DNA of 64,000 nucleotides, taken from NCBI RefSeq assembly GCF_004010195.1, contig NC_057755.1, positions 3,619,462 through 3,683,461 on the forward strand, read 5' to 3'. This document shows positions 26,855-40,131 of the stretch, one piece after another. Each line of letters opens with the position of its first letter. Within the stretch, counting starts at the first letter, position 1. Both the position numbers and the translations under genes were made by a program. The notes under the pieces were generated by a model. That model worked only from the letters and a program-made list of their open reading frames with translations, did no database searches and was not told the DNA's origin. The stretch comes from Chiloscyllium plagiosum (taxonomy: Eukaryota).

Positions 26855-28380
26855 TCCGAGTACGATAGATGGGTCAGTTTTTGTCCAGTGTGTGCAGGAG
26901 GGCTTCCTGACATAGTATGTAGACAGGCAAACAAGGGGTGAAGCCACATTAGATTTGGTACTGTGTAACCAGCCCGGCCAGGTTTTAGACTTGAAAGTAG
27001 GTGAGCACTTTGGTGATAGCGATCACAATTCTGTTATGTTTACTTCAGTGATAGAAAGGGATAGGCGTATTCCACTGGGCAAGAGTTACAGCTGGAGGAA
27101 AGGCAACTACGATGCGATTAGGCAAGATTTAGGAAGGGGAAGGAAACTGCAGGGGATGGGCACATTAGAAATGCGGAGCTTATTCAAGAAAAAGCTCCTG
27201 TGTGTCCCAGACAAGTCAGACAGGGAGGAAGCTGTAGAGCGCGGGAGCCATGGTTTACGAAGGCAGTGGAATCTCTGGTAAAGAAGAAGAATAAGGCTTA
27301 TGTTAGGATGAGATGTGAAGGCTCAGTTAGGGCGCTTGAGGATTACAAGGTAGCCAGGAAAGACCTAAAGAGAGAGCTCAGAAGAGTCAGGAGGAGGCAT
27401 GAGAAGTTGTTGGTGGATAGGATCAGGGTAAACCCTAAGGCTTTCTATAGGCATTTAAGGAATAACAGAATGACAAAAGTAAGATTAGGGCCAATCAAGA
27501 AAATATTGGGACGTTGTGTGTGGAGTCAGAGGATATAGGGGAAGCACGAAATGAATATTTTTCGACAGTATTCACTCTAGAAAACGACAATATTGTCGAG
27601 GAGAATACTGAGATACAGGCTACTAGACAAGGTGGGATTGAGGTTCACAAGGAAGAAGTATTAGAAATCCTGCAGAGTGTAAAAATAGACAAGTTCCCTG
27701 GGCCGGATGGGATTTATCCTAGGATCCTCTGGGAAACTAGGGAGGAGATTGCCGAGCCTTTGACATTGATCTTTAAATCTTCATTGTCTACAGTAATAGT
27801 GCCAGAAGACTGGAGGACAGTAAATGTGGTTCCCCTGTTCAAGAAGGGGAGTAGAGACAACCCTGGTGGTTAAAGACCAGTGAGCCTCAATTCAGTTCTT
27901 GGAAAATGTTGGAAAAGGTTATAAGAGATAGGATTTATAATCATCTAGAAAAGAATAATTTGATTAGGGATTGTCAGCACGGTTTTGTGAAGGGTAGGTC
28001 GTGCGTCACAAAGCTTATTCAGTTATTTGACAAGGTGACCAAACAGGGAGATGAGAGTAAACTGGTTGATGTGGTGTATATGGATTTCAGCAAAGCGTTT
28101 GGTAACGGCGAGCACGAGGGGGCATAGCTTTAAATTGAGTGGTGATAGATATAGGACAGATGTCAGAGGTAGTTTCTTTCGTCAGAGAGTAGTAAGGGTA
28201 TGGAATGCTTTGCCTGCAACGAGAGTAGATTCGCCAACTTTAAGTGCATTCAAGTCGTCATTGGACAAACATATGGACGTACGTGGAATAGTGTAGATTG
28301 GATGGGCTTCAGATTGGTATGACTGGTCGGTGCAACATGGAGGGCTGAAGGGCCTGTACTGCGCTGTAATGTTCTATGTT
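26855..28380 (+). mobile_element. CR1 LINE with an internal deletion near 28100
   Basis: EHFGDSDHNSV, KFPGPDGIYPRILWE, QHGFVKGRSCVT, YMDFSKAF, then a jump to TRGHSFKL and a ttctatgtt tail. It interrupts the 3'-flank module. Confidence 0.93.
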
Positions 28381-29240
28381 CACTCGTCTTTTTCCAGGAG
28401 ACGGAGTGCCATGGTGTGACAGAAATATAAACAGATCTTGAAGGACACAGAAACACACTCACACCATCACACAAACATACACACAGACGCAGAAACACAT
28501 CCACATGCACAAATACAGTCAAGGTGAGACGAAGGAACATATTGGTAAACAGAAACAATTACACATTCCATCGTACGCCCCAAATGGGCAAACATATACA
28601 GAATCATATTCAAACGGAGATATGGGAACCAACTACACAAAATAAACCAGATCCTGACGGGCATAGAAACAAAACCTCACCCTCATGCACACAGAGAATA
28701 CAATCAGACTGCAGTATGTGACCATACCTACACATCGCTACATTAACACACTCATACTTCACACACAGGAACACCACCATGCTGAGAGGTATAGGAACAT
28801 GACTATGTACAGATAGATAATGCACACACATCCATACACAAAATACAGTCAAACTGATATATGGGAACAGAACAACGCAGAGATACAAAACACAGACACA
28901 CGCACACATAGCAAGTCATCCTACATAAAGAAAAATATTTACACACAAACAAAGTTGACCCACATCTCCGCACGCATATGGAAATGAGTTCATACTGAGA
29001 GACATTGCACATCAACATGCAAAAACTTGCAGAAACATCCGTATATACACAACTTTAACATAGTTACAGAACCACACATGCAATTAGATATAGATATCGA
29101 GCGACACTCATAAACAAACAGAGACAGACTCACAGAGAGGCAAACAGAGATCCTGCTAGGGGCTCAAAAAGATATTGACACACAGACAGACAACCAAACA
29201 CAGTCTGAGCAACACACTCACCTCTTGTTGCAATGAAGTG

Positions 29241-29246
29241 TTTATT
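29241..29246 (-). terminator. Candidate polyadenylation signal (AATAAA) of GPCR gene A
   Basis: TTTATT on the plus strand, at the homologous position of the 3'-flank copies (25748-25753 and 53515-53520). Confidence 0.45.
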
Positions 29247-29844
29247 GTGAGCTGTACAGAGAGAATCTGACAATCATCATGATGCAGGAGGCACTGATTT
29301 TGCCCATTCCCCCTTCACCTCTGCAGAGGAATTGCAGAGATCCCTCCAGCCAGTCGTAAACACCCATCCATAGGGCAGTCTGTGATGATGCAATGTTCCA
29401 TCTGAACCCATAACTCACAGCCAGTCCGTCATTTGGAATCACTCCCCAGCCTCTTTCCATTCTCACATGTCACTGACAGTCTCCTCTTCCTCCCTTCAGT
29501 GCTGTCACTTTGTCACATCTTTAAATTTTTCTTAAGGTGGAGGTGGATGGATTCTTGTTTAGGTTGGGAGATGGGTATCATTATCAGGGACAGACAGGAA
29601 TGCGGATTACACTTTAGAATTGGATGAGCCGTGATGTTTTGGAATGGTGGGCGGACCAGACTCGAAGCGCTGAATGACTTTGTGCTGCTCATTACCTGTG
29701 TGTCTCCGTGTATGTCCTTCTGCCAATCACTCAGGAATAGCCATGTATTCCTGAACCACTGAATGGTGCCTCATATTTCTTCCCCCATCCCGATCCTCTG
29801 CTGGGTGTTTACTCAGATCCATGTGATTGTGCTGATGGTCTCTA

Positions 29845-30490
29845 TTCCAAAGCTAATCATTTTTTAAAAAAAAACTCTTCCTTGGTTCAAGTATACTCTG
29901 TCCTTGATTTTTTTTTTCACAGTGGTAATAAACCAGGCCGGGCTCCAATCAGTCTGGTTTGGTACAGAGGTGAAAAGGATTTCGAGAGGACTTTTGTTTA
30001 TATGAGATGAGACGTCAGGTCAACGTGGTCATGCTTTAGAAGTGACTGTGGAATGAAAGCAGAGTGGTCATCTCTCGAGCTGAGCTGAGCACTTTAGTTG
30101 TCTTCAGCTGGTGAGGATATCAACATTGAGCTGTGTAGAAACTCTCTCTCTCTTTCTCTCTCTCTCTTTCTGCCCTTCAACTTCACCATGTGTTCCATTT
30201 CTACCGGTTTTTAAAGGAAGTTTGTTTTTTGGGACTGTTGTGTATATTCGGAGCAGCATAATTAAGTCTAGTTTGGATCGAATGAGTTCTGTTGGTGTTC
30301 TTCATTCTGTTCTTCGTGTTTCATTGTATAATTTTGAGAACAGATTTTGCTCTATTTTAAAATATAGTAGTCAAATTAGCTAACTTGCTCAGGGTAATTT
30401 TCACTGTGCACTTACCAAAACAAATTGATAAATTACGGTCTGGGCTGCCTGGTTAAGAATGTTTTGAGTGGTCTGGCCTCGTCCATAACA
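29845..30490. mobile_element. Probable solo LTR inserted about 100 bp downstream of the gene A stop codon
   Basis: Ends ...CCATAACA, is homologous to 24200-24674, and is absent at the paralogous site near 54110. Confidence 0.6.
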
Positions 30491-30585
30491 ACGCCCAATC
30501 GTTCATATGTAATTCCTGCACTGTTAACACTGCAGTTGCCTGGGGACCTCTGCCAGTTCTTTTGCTGAGTCATTAAGTGAAGAAT

Positions 30586-31460
30586 TTATGTAACCAGTTG
30601 TTGCACTGCATTCTTGAACTTCGCTCTGAACTTGGGCAGAGTCACTGCATAAAATAATGTGTTCGTGCTGCAGCTTAAAACCCTCAGCATTTCTGCAATG
30701 TACGTAAAATCCTTTATAGAACTGGAGTTCCAGCGATATGTTCCTTTAATGCGAAAGTACAAGACGTTTGAACCGTGCACTGTCCACAGAAGTATGAAGC
30801 TAATGGATATGGTGAAGAGGGAAATCACTGACGCCCTCCGATTCTCCATCTCTGTGTCTTTGTGATTCTCTCCCTTCCTCAGACCCCTCAGGCTCTTGCG
30901 GACTCGACTGACCAATAAAACATGCCTGACTGTCAGAGTGTTCATTAATACAATTAACACGAATGGGATGAAAGGGGTTAAAATTATATCAAACCACTTA
31001 AATCCCAGCCACCTGGGATCAGTAAAATAACTTGATTTCATTCGACAGGACCACAGAACATTGTCAATTTTCCTCACAGGTTCATACCGAAAATAGAAGG
31101 GAATGCTTTTGAAACAGAGCAGAATTGCAATTGCAGCCAAAGCCACAGCCAAGGCTTTTTCTGTCCAATATTCTTTCTTCATTTTCGGGCAGCAAATGGC
31201 TACAAAACGATCAAAGGAGAAAAGGACAGTAAACCAGACGGAACAATCTGTGGCCGCACGAGCCAAGACATAGACAGGACGGCACACATAGGTGAGATCC
31301 AGGAAACAGATTGGCATGTCAAAGTATTTGAGTTTCCACAGTATTATGTCAGTGAGAACGAACAGTAGATCCGATGTTGCCATAGCCAATAGGCAGCGCG
31401 TTGTGCAGTTAGAAAGGCCACACTTGCCCCGTGCAAGAACCAAAATCACCAGGAAATTAA
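30586..31460 (-). CDS. GPCR gene A exon 2: probable G-protein coupled receptor 139/142-like, class A 7TM; full protein 313 aa with exon 1 at 40132-40198
   Basis: Open frame with TM1 N (VNF), TM2 LAMATSD, TM3 Cys (VCRP) and DRF, ECL2 Cys, TM5 P (IPF), TM6 W, TM7 NTLFY, helix 8 KFR. Polypyrimidine tract and acceptor ttacttcctgtctctttcag|TT, phase 1. Confidence 0.93.
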
Positions 31461-32269
31461 CTGAAAGAGACAGGAAGTAAAATGCAATCGAAAAATAATG
31501 ACCAAACATTCTCTGCGCCAGCCCAGGTATCAATAGAAGATCTTAGCACCTAACTGGGGCTTTTGAGACAGTTAAGATGTCGAGTTTGAACATGTGCATC
31601 CCAATGACCTGACCCACTTCGATGCTGCTCACTCCCGTGTTTGACCAAGTGTGGGCAGGCAATTGTCAGATGGCGGGGTGGGGGTGGGGGGCATAGATGT
31701 TAAGGTGAAAGGGAAGAGGTTTGGGGGATCTGAGGAAGAGATTTTCACCCAGAGAGTGGTGGATGTCTGCTTTAAAAACTATCTGGTTGACCACTTGAAT
31801 CAGCATAAAATTCGAGACCATGAGTATAATGCTGGAATCAGGGACGAGCGTGAATATAGTGTAGCATTGACAACACAACTGGATGGCCCAAAGGGCCTCT
31901 TCTGTACAGTCCAGTTGTATGATTCTAAGAATTACTTCTGGGAGGCAGTTTGGAAAGTGAAGTATTTTAATGAAACAAATGAAAGTGCTTTGAATGCTAA
32001 AAACATGAAACAGAATCAGAGATAATTGTCAAAACCCAAGAGGTATAGCAGCATCTGTGGAGAGATAAACAGGGTGAATGGAATCACGCTTCATTAGAAC
32101 ATCATCTGAACAAGGGTCACTGAATTCAGGACATCATCTCAGATATCTCCCCACAAACAAAACCGCATGATTGCAACCAAAAGACTGCTCATTTCTGAAA
32201 GGGAGTTGAGATTTATAGTGCTGATACTCATCTACTACTAACTACATTGGTTAGACTACTCTTAGCATA

Positions 32270-35200
32270 CCAGTTAGAGTAATGGAGCTGTGTAGCATGT
32301 GAACAGACCCTCGAGCCCACATCATCAGTGCCCAACAGAAATCCCAAAGTAATCTGGATTAATTTGCCCCTTTATTCCTCTAAATTCTTTCTATTAATCT
32401 TCCCATCCAGATACATTTTAAATGTTATAATTGCACCAGCCGCCATCACTTAATTTGGCAATTCATTCCATAGATGCACCACCCCCTGTGTGAAAACGTT
32501 GCCCCTTCAGTTCTTTTATATTTCCCCCGTCACACTAAAACTATCTCCTCTAGTTCTGGACTTCTCTAACCCAGGGATAAGACATTCTCTATTTATCCTC
32601 TCCATGCCTCTGAAGATTTTATAAACCTCCATGAAGTCACCCCTCAGCCTCTGATGCTCCCGGGACAAGAGCACCAGCCTTTGCAGCCTCTCCCTAAAGT
32701 TCAAATAGTCCCACGTTGGAAACATCTTTTCTGAACACTTTCCTGTTTGTCAACATCCTTGGACAAGAAGGGAATTGCACACAGTATTCCAAAATTGGCC
32801 TAACCAATGTCCTGTACAGCAACGCCATGATCGCCCAACTCCTATATTCAAAGCTCTGACCAACAAAGGAACGTACTCCAATCATTGGCTTCACCAAACT
32901 ATCTAACTGAGACATTATTTTCAAGAAGCTACGAACCTGCACTCCAAGGTCTCTTTGTTCAGCTACACTGCACAGGACCTGACCATTAACTGCATATGTA
33001 CTGCTCTGATTTGCCCTTCCAAAATGCAGCAACTCATAAACATTTAAAATAAACGCTATCTGCCAGTCCTCGACACATTGTACACTGAGGTAACCTTTGT
33101 CACTGTCCACTCAACTCTGATTTTGGTGTCATCTGCAAACTTGCTAACTGTACCTGAAATGGCCATGTTCAAATCATTTGTATAAATAACGAAAAGCCAT
33201 AGATCCAGCACCGAGCCCAGTCACACACCAGTGGTCACAGGCCTTGACTGTGGAAAGCACCACCACCCTCTGTCTTCTACCCTCAAACCAGTTCTGTATC
33301 CAAATGGCTGGGTCTCCCTGAGTTCACTGTGATCAAACCTTGTTAACTGGTATACAATGAAGAATCTTGTCGAACGTCTTCCTGAAGTCCATATACATCA
33401 CGTCCACTGTTCTGCCCTCACCCAAACCTTTTGGTTACTTTTTCAAAAAACTCAATCAAGGTAATGAGACATAATATTGCACGTACAAAGCCATGTTAAC
33501 CATCCCTAATCATTTCTTGCCAATCAAAACACATCTGAATAGGCTGGCGCTCTATTCCCGACAGCTTCGGAGGCTGAGGGACGACCTTATGGAGATTTAT
33601 AAAGTCATGAGGGGTATGGATAGGATAAATAGAGAATTTCTTTTCCCTTCAGATTCCCTCCGACAACCTGCCCACCACCAAGGTCAGGCTCACGAGTCTA
33701 TAGTTCCCTGGCTTTTCCTTACCACCTTTCTTAAACAGAGGCACCACGTTAGCCAACCACCAGTCTTCCGGCATCTCATCTGTGACTATCAATGATTCAA
33801 ATATATCAGTAAGGTGCCCACTTCCCTCGCTTTCCAAAGAGTTCTAGGGACACCTCATCAAGCCCTGGCGATGTATCCACCTTTATGAGTTTTGAGACAT
33901 TCAACGTGTCTGTCTCTGAAATATGGACATTTTTCGAGATGTCACCATCTATTTCCCCATATTTTGTATCTTCCATGTCTTTCTACACAGTAAACAAAGA
34001 TGCAAAGTAATCGTTTCCTATTTCCCCCATCTCCTGCATTTCCACACATAGGCTGCCTTACTGATGTTTGGGGGCTCCTATTTTTTCTCCATCTGCAATC
34101 TTGTCCTTAATGTATTTATTACATCCCTTTGGATTCTCCTTAACTCAATCTGCCGAAGTTATCTCATGCGCCCTTTTTGATCTCCGATTTCCTTCTTAAG
34201 TACACTCCTACTGCCTTTATACTGGTCGAAGTATTCGTTCGATCTCTACTATCCTTCCTGACATATGCGTCCTTCTTTGTCTTACCAAAGCCTCAATTTC
34301 TCCACTCATCTTGCATGCCCTGTACCTAACAGCCTTGCCTTTCACCCGAACAGGAACATACATCTCTGGACTCTTTTTATCTCATTTTTGAAAGCTTCCC
34401 ATTTTCCAGCCGTCCCTTTACCTCCGAACATCAGCTTTACCTCCGAACATCAGTCAACTTTTGAATGTTCTTGCCAGGTACCGTCAAAATTGGCCAATTT
34501 TAAAACTAATAGAATTATGGTCACTGGCCCCCATGTTGTACCCCACTGACACCTCAGTCACCTGCCCTGCCTTATTTCCTTAGAATAGGTCAATGTTTGA
34601 GCCTCCACTCGTATGTAGACCCACATACTAAATCAGAAAATGTTCTTGTACACACTGAACAATTTCCTCTCCATCTAAACCTTTAACACAACAGCACTCC
34701 CAGTCTATGTTTGAAAAGTTAAAATTCCCTACCAACACCACCTGATTATTTATACTGATAACTGAAATCTCCTGACATTTGTTTTCTCGATTTCCCACTG
34801 ACTGTTCAGGGGTCTTTAATACAATACCAATCAGGTAATCATCCCTTTCTTATTTCTCAGTTCCATTTCAATAACTTCTCTTGACACATTCCCACGAATA
34901 TCCCAGCTAAGTACAACCATAACATTATCCATTATGAAAAACATAACTTCCCCTCTTCGCTTGCACCCCCTTTCTTTCCATCTTTTAGTCTTTGTATTCT
35001 GCAACTTTAAGGTGCCAGTCCTGTCCACCCCTAAACCACGTCTCTGTAATTGCTATGATATCCAAACCCCATTTTTCGAACCATTCCCGAAGTTCATCTG
35101 CCTTCCTTGTTGGTCCTCTTGTATTGACATAAATTTAGTTTAGTCGATCAGACGTTCCTTATCCTCTGCTTTGTTCCTGCGTGACCTGATTGTTTGAACA

Positions 35201-37170
35201 TACCCTTTTCACAAATGTACTGATCTCTTTCCTCAATATCTCCGTGGGTCCCACACACTCTATTCCCCCCATCCCCAGTCCACACACTCTCCATCCGCGT
35301 TAGTTTTAATCTTCCTGAGGACATCGAGCATATCTCCCCACCAGGGCATTAGTCCATTTCCAATTCAGATTCAAACTATCATCCTTATACAGGTCACGTC
35401 TACCTCAGTAGAGATTCCAATGATACTTAGATGTGAATCCTTCTTCGCTGCACCAGCTCCTCAGGCACGCACACATCTGCTCCATCCTCCTATTTCTCAG
35501 CTCACTAGCTCGTGGGACAGGAGCAATCCAAAATTACTATCTTCAAGCACCTCATTTTAAATTCTTGCCGAATGTCTTCAGAATTTCAACCGTTTCCCTT
35601 CCCATGTGATTAGTTCCAATGTACACAATGTCCTTCTGCTGTTCCCACTACCCTTTGAGAATATTCTGCACCGTCTCCAAGATATCCTTCATCCTGGCAC
35701 TGGTGAGGCCACACTGCATTCTGATTTCTTGCATTGCTCGCGGAAACGTCTGTCTGTGCCTCTGATTAGATTAGAGTGGTGCTGGAAAAGCATAGCAGGT
35801 TAGGCAGTATCCGAGGAGCAGGAACATCGACGTTTCAGGCAAAAGCCCTTTATCAGGAATGAAGGCAGGGAGCCTCCAGGGTGGAGAGATAAATGGGAGG
35901 GGGTGGGGCAGGGAAGAAGGTAGCAAAGAGTACAATAGGTGGATGGAGGTGGGGAGGGGATGGAGGTGGTAAGTCAGAGAGGAGGGTGGGGCAAGGTAGC
36001 AAAGAGTACAATAGGTGGATCCATCCCACCCCCTCCCACTTATCTCTCCTCCCTGGAGGTTCCCTGCCTTCAGTCCTAATGAAGAACTTTTGCCTGAACG
36101 TCGATTCTCCTGCTCCACGGATGCTACCTGACCTGCTGTGCTTTTCCAGCACCACTGTAATGTAGACTCTGTTTTCTAGCATCTGGGGTCCTCACTTGTG
36201 CCTCTGATTAGACAGTCCCCTATCACAATTGATTGTTTAGAACCTGATACACCCCTCGTTCTATTAACTCACTGAATCTATCATCGCTTGTTTGGGAAAC
36301 TAAATAATTCCTTGTCATGTTTGACAAATCTTCTAATTCAGCCAATCTCGGTGTCAGAAACTTGGCTGTTCATGCCACATTCTCCTAAGAGTACATCACA
36401 CTCTATACTTTCCAAAACAATATACTTGTTTGAGATTGGGATAGCTACAGGAGATTCCTGGACTACCTGTCTCCCCCTCCCACGTTTCGTGGAGGTAACT
36501 CATCTACAGGGAAGCTCTCCTTAATCCACATCTGAAAAGAAGAATACATCACTCTCCTAAAGGCCATATTTGCACCTAATAATCTACGGACCCAGAAAAT
36601 ACCACAGTCTTGCTGCTCCAAATGACTCTGCTCCAGGCCAACTTTGTGCTCGTGCTTTATATTTTTAAATTTTAATCAGGAGACAGATGTCAGTAAAGCA
36701 TATAACAATAAAGAACTCATTACATTCACTATTGTAGATTTACACAAACATAGTCAGCAAGGTTACACTTAAAAACCATGCACTAACCTGCTTCTGTGCT
36801 GTGAACTCTTCCACACAGATTCCTCCAAGGTCACCTGTTCATTCTTCTTCCGACTCCCAGAAATACATAAACTCAAACAGCAAAGGTAGTAGCTGTCCAG
36901 ATTCACTACCTTTTTTTTCTCTCTCTCTCTCCCTCTCTCTCTCTCTATCTCTCCCGCTGACCATGTGGTCACTAACGTTGTCTCTCTTCCTCCTTTTTAA
37001 ATTGCAGTTGCTTTTCTCTTTCTTTTCCCAAAATTTACAAAGTAATTGAACAGTTTACAAACCAATAATTCCTCTTGCAGGAATTCGTGAAAGTCAATTC
37101 TGACACTTAAGATATCACAGAACCCTTGCAGCCACAATCTTTTCCTGTCCTCCACATAGGATTGCCTAGA
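32270..37170 (-). mobile_element. Long decayed CR1 LINE in the gene A intron
   Basis: Motifs LYRTLVRPILEYCVQF, PEDWWLANVVPLFKKGGKEKPGNYRLVSL, RGEVMFFI..ELRNKKG. Colinear with 55530-60680. Confidence 0.88.
35771..36196. mobile_element. Inverted (tail-to-tail) Penelope pseudo-LTR pair with a 16-bp direct repeat and two hammerhead-like motifs
   Basis: TGTGCCTCTGATTAGA at 35755-35770 and 36197-36212. Minus strand 35826-35860 reads CTGATAAAGGGCTTTTGCCTGAAACGTC; plus strand 36076-36103 is degenerate. The site is empty in the paralog near 59600. Confidence 0.85.
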
Positions 37171-40131
37171 ATCGACTGTTTGCTATATTACAAAAACATG
37201 AGTTGTTTCACGAAAGGAGATGCAATTATTTGATAGAGAGTGCAAACAGAGCTGAGAAAGTCACGTGTCATTGTTAAAGGTCCAAGCCACGACCTCAGCC
37301 CTCTCTGTAATAATAAACTGAGGATCTATTAACTCACTGAATCTATCTTTGCTTGTTTGGGAAACTAAATAATTCCTTGTCATGTTTGACAAATCTTCTA
37401 ATTTTGCATGTATATTCCGTCAGTAAGTAATGCAAATGGGAAGATGTGATTTCTTTTATTGCATTGACTGATTCAAATAGCTTTGGGATGTGCTTGTTGA
37501 CATTTTATGAATCAACTACCACAATGTGAAACAAAACAGACAGCTCACTTCTGCAATTACTGAATTCTGCAGCTCCAAACCATTACAGCATAAATATGAC
37601 ATGGGTAAAAAAAAAATCAAGTCTGTCTGACTCTCTATTGTATTCTGATCATGTCAGGGGCATTTAACATTTAAAGTGAGAATCTGAATATTTAGCAGTT
37701 CATCGATAGTACAAGATTTCACAACACTTATTTTTTTAAAAATGTAAAGAGAGTGACTGAACAAGGTAAGCAATATTAATTGAATAAATAGATAAGTTCT
37801 TATAATCTAATATTAGTTAGTATTATTCTTCCCATGCAAAATTTCTTTATGTATTGTAAACAATTTTGAAGCTACAAACACTTCTTCAGGGAACAACTAG
37901 AAGGTAGCCACAGACCTCTGGAATTCAACTTAACACTTCACTGTGTTCCAATGTTGGAAACGGAAAACACAGAAACAGGCCATTCCACCCATCAAGTGAA
38001 TTTACTTTAACCAACCTCAGTCTTTCTATGATCCTACAAAACAGTAGGAAAGTTATGGCACTGACATATGCAATTTATGTCTTATCAACTGAATAAACTA
38101 GCTACCTGTTCTGATCCCATTTTCCAGAACCTGGTCCACAGCATTGAAGCTTTCTACGCATCGGGTGCAATTCCAAGTTCCCTTTAAATGAGTTGAGGAT
38201 TGCCAGCTCAAGCCCCGACACAAACTGGGCAGTGAATCCCAGGTACACTATGACCTTCTTAATGAAAAGGTAGGCCTCAAATTCCCTGTAAACATTTCAT
38301 CAAATATTTTCACTCCGTGTTTCCTGGTAAATGGTCCTGCATTCGTGGAGGCAGATCTCCATCCAGGAAACCGCTTATTTTGTACATCTCAATCACATCA
38401 ACTCTCAATCATCTCTGTTTAGGGAAAATAATCCTAACCTATCCATCTTTTCTCAATGCTGCAGCAATTTCCACATACTGTCAACAGCCTCGTAAATCTC
38501 TCCTTTATTCTCCTCAGTGCCACTCTGTACTCATTGCTCCGTGATGCCAGTTCTGTGCACAAAACCACAGCTGGGTGCCACCGAGTGTCTCATGTAGTTT
38601 CAGTGTTACGGGTCCGGCAGATGATGAGGGGATTTTTTATTTTTTTCTGAGTTAGCTCTGGTGCATTGAGCAGTAAAGTTTGAAGGGGTAATATGGAATT
38701 AAATCGCAGTGCGGATGCCTGTTCAGGGTCTGTGGCATAAAATGGATCTGAACGAATATAATTAGGGTCCAGTTTATTTGAACTGTGAGCTTAATTTATA
38801 AGTTCATTGGGAGTTAGTCTAAGTGTATAAGACGTTCGATTCTGTTCTGATACCAGGTGATTAATTGCTGAACAAGTCAGATCCTCGACAGAAATCCGGC
38901 TTGATGAAACATAACCTTGTTTGTTTTAATTTTACAAACTGACCTCTTGCTGAATCGTAAACCCACAATGCTGCAACATCTGTTTCCATAATAAAACAGA
39001 AGTTTATTATTGAAGAAATGACGATAAAATAGAATAAACCAAACTACGAACTGAAAACATAGATTCAAATGCAATGAATACGTAGTAAATGTGTCTTTCC
39101 CGTTAATCGCAAAACAGTGCATAAATGAAATGAAAGGACGCAACTTTTATATATATTATACAAAACACGACTCACAGTTCCAAACAAAATAACCTTCACA
39201 TCGTATTCACACCAGAATCCCTGTATCTATAACATGGCTAAATGACTTGTGACTGTCACTTTTAAACTGGAACTGCAGTCAATTTCTTCCTGGAGCTACA
39301 ACACACCTGAGTGCCAATATTCTCAGCTTTAAACAATCTCTTCAGGGCTTTGTTCATCCCAAAATTTGAGCCTGGGATCAACACAAAATTTGCACCCGAA
39401 GGCAATGTAATTTACTAAAACTCTAAATATCTTCACGTGAGCACAGATCTGTACATCCACTCAACTCCAGGTACTTAGAAGGACTCAAATAAATGAGGAA
39501 TATGATAGAAGTGACGGTAAAGTTTTCAGAGTTAACGTTTTCTTCCTTAATCACAAATTCCAGAACTCCGCAACAAATGTTTGAGGATGCATTAATACCA
39601 TGCTGGGTTGTAAGCATCAAAAATAAACAAAAGGTTCACTCGTGCACAAAAGCATTCTGCCGATTGCCAAATTTCAAACACAACTTTTGAAATAATTTGC
39701 TGCGATTACAGAAATAACTCCAAGTTTACTGTAAAGTACAGATGCACAGCGAAGCCCACTGCGTATTCACTCAAACAACAGAACCAAACTCAAACTAAAT
39801 AACATTGCACTCTCTACATAAAAATGCCACCGCTTATATTTTCCAAAGTGATTCTTTGCCTTAGTTACATCGAAACTCACCGTAGACTCAGATCGAAATG
39901 GAGATTTCTGGAAGGTTCCCAGAAGAGATGAATAATTTCCCAGAAAGTTCCTATGGAATCTGCCATGATGTTAATCCACAGAATCTCGATAATCTGAAAT
40001 TAATTTACCGATTGTCTGCCCCTGTGTGACTCTTAGACGCAACATGCCCATATATCATTGTCAGTGGCAGAGTGAACCTGTAGATAAGCCTCAGGCAGAT
40101 TCGCACAAATTCAATGGTGCATGGCACTTAC

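Noticed and set aside
30659..30865. Antisense ORFs conserved between the two genes (30659-30865 with 54234-54503; 31292-31480 with 54912-55100)
   Set aside because: They are shadow frames of the GPCR exons.
31461..31533. N-terminal extension of the 315-aa ORF (also 55081-55153)
   Set aside because: Not homologous between the paralogs, starts at a non-ATG codon and lies upstream of a strong splice acceptor, so it is intronic.
37755..37780. Plus-strand donor-like AAG|GTAAGC conserved at about 61280
   Set aside because: There is no supporting ORF or acceptor, and the segmental duplication explains the conservation.
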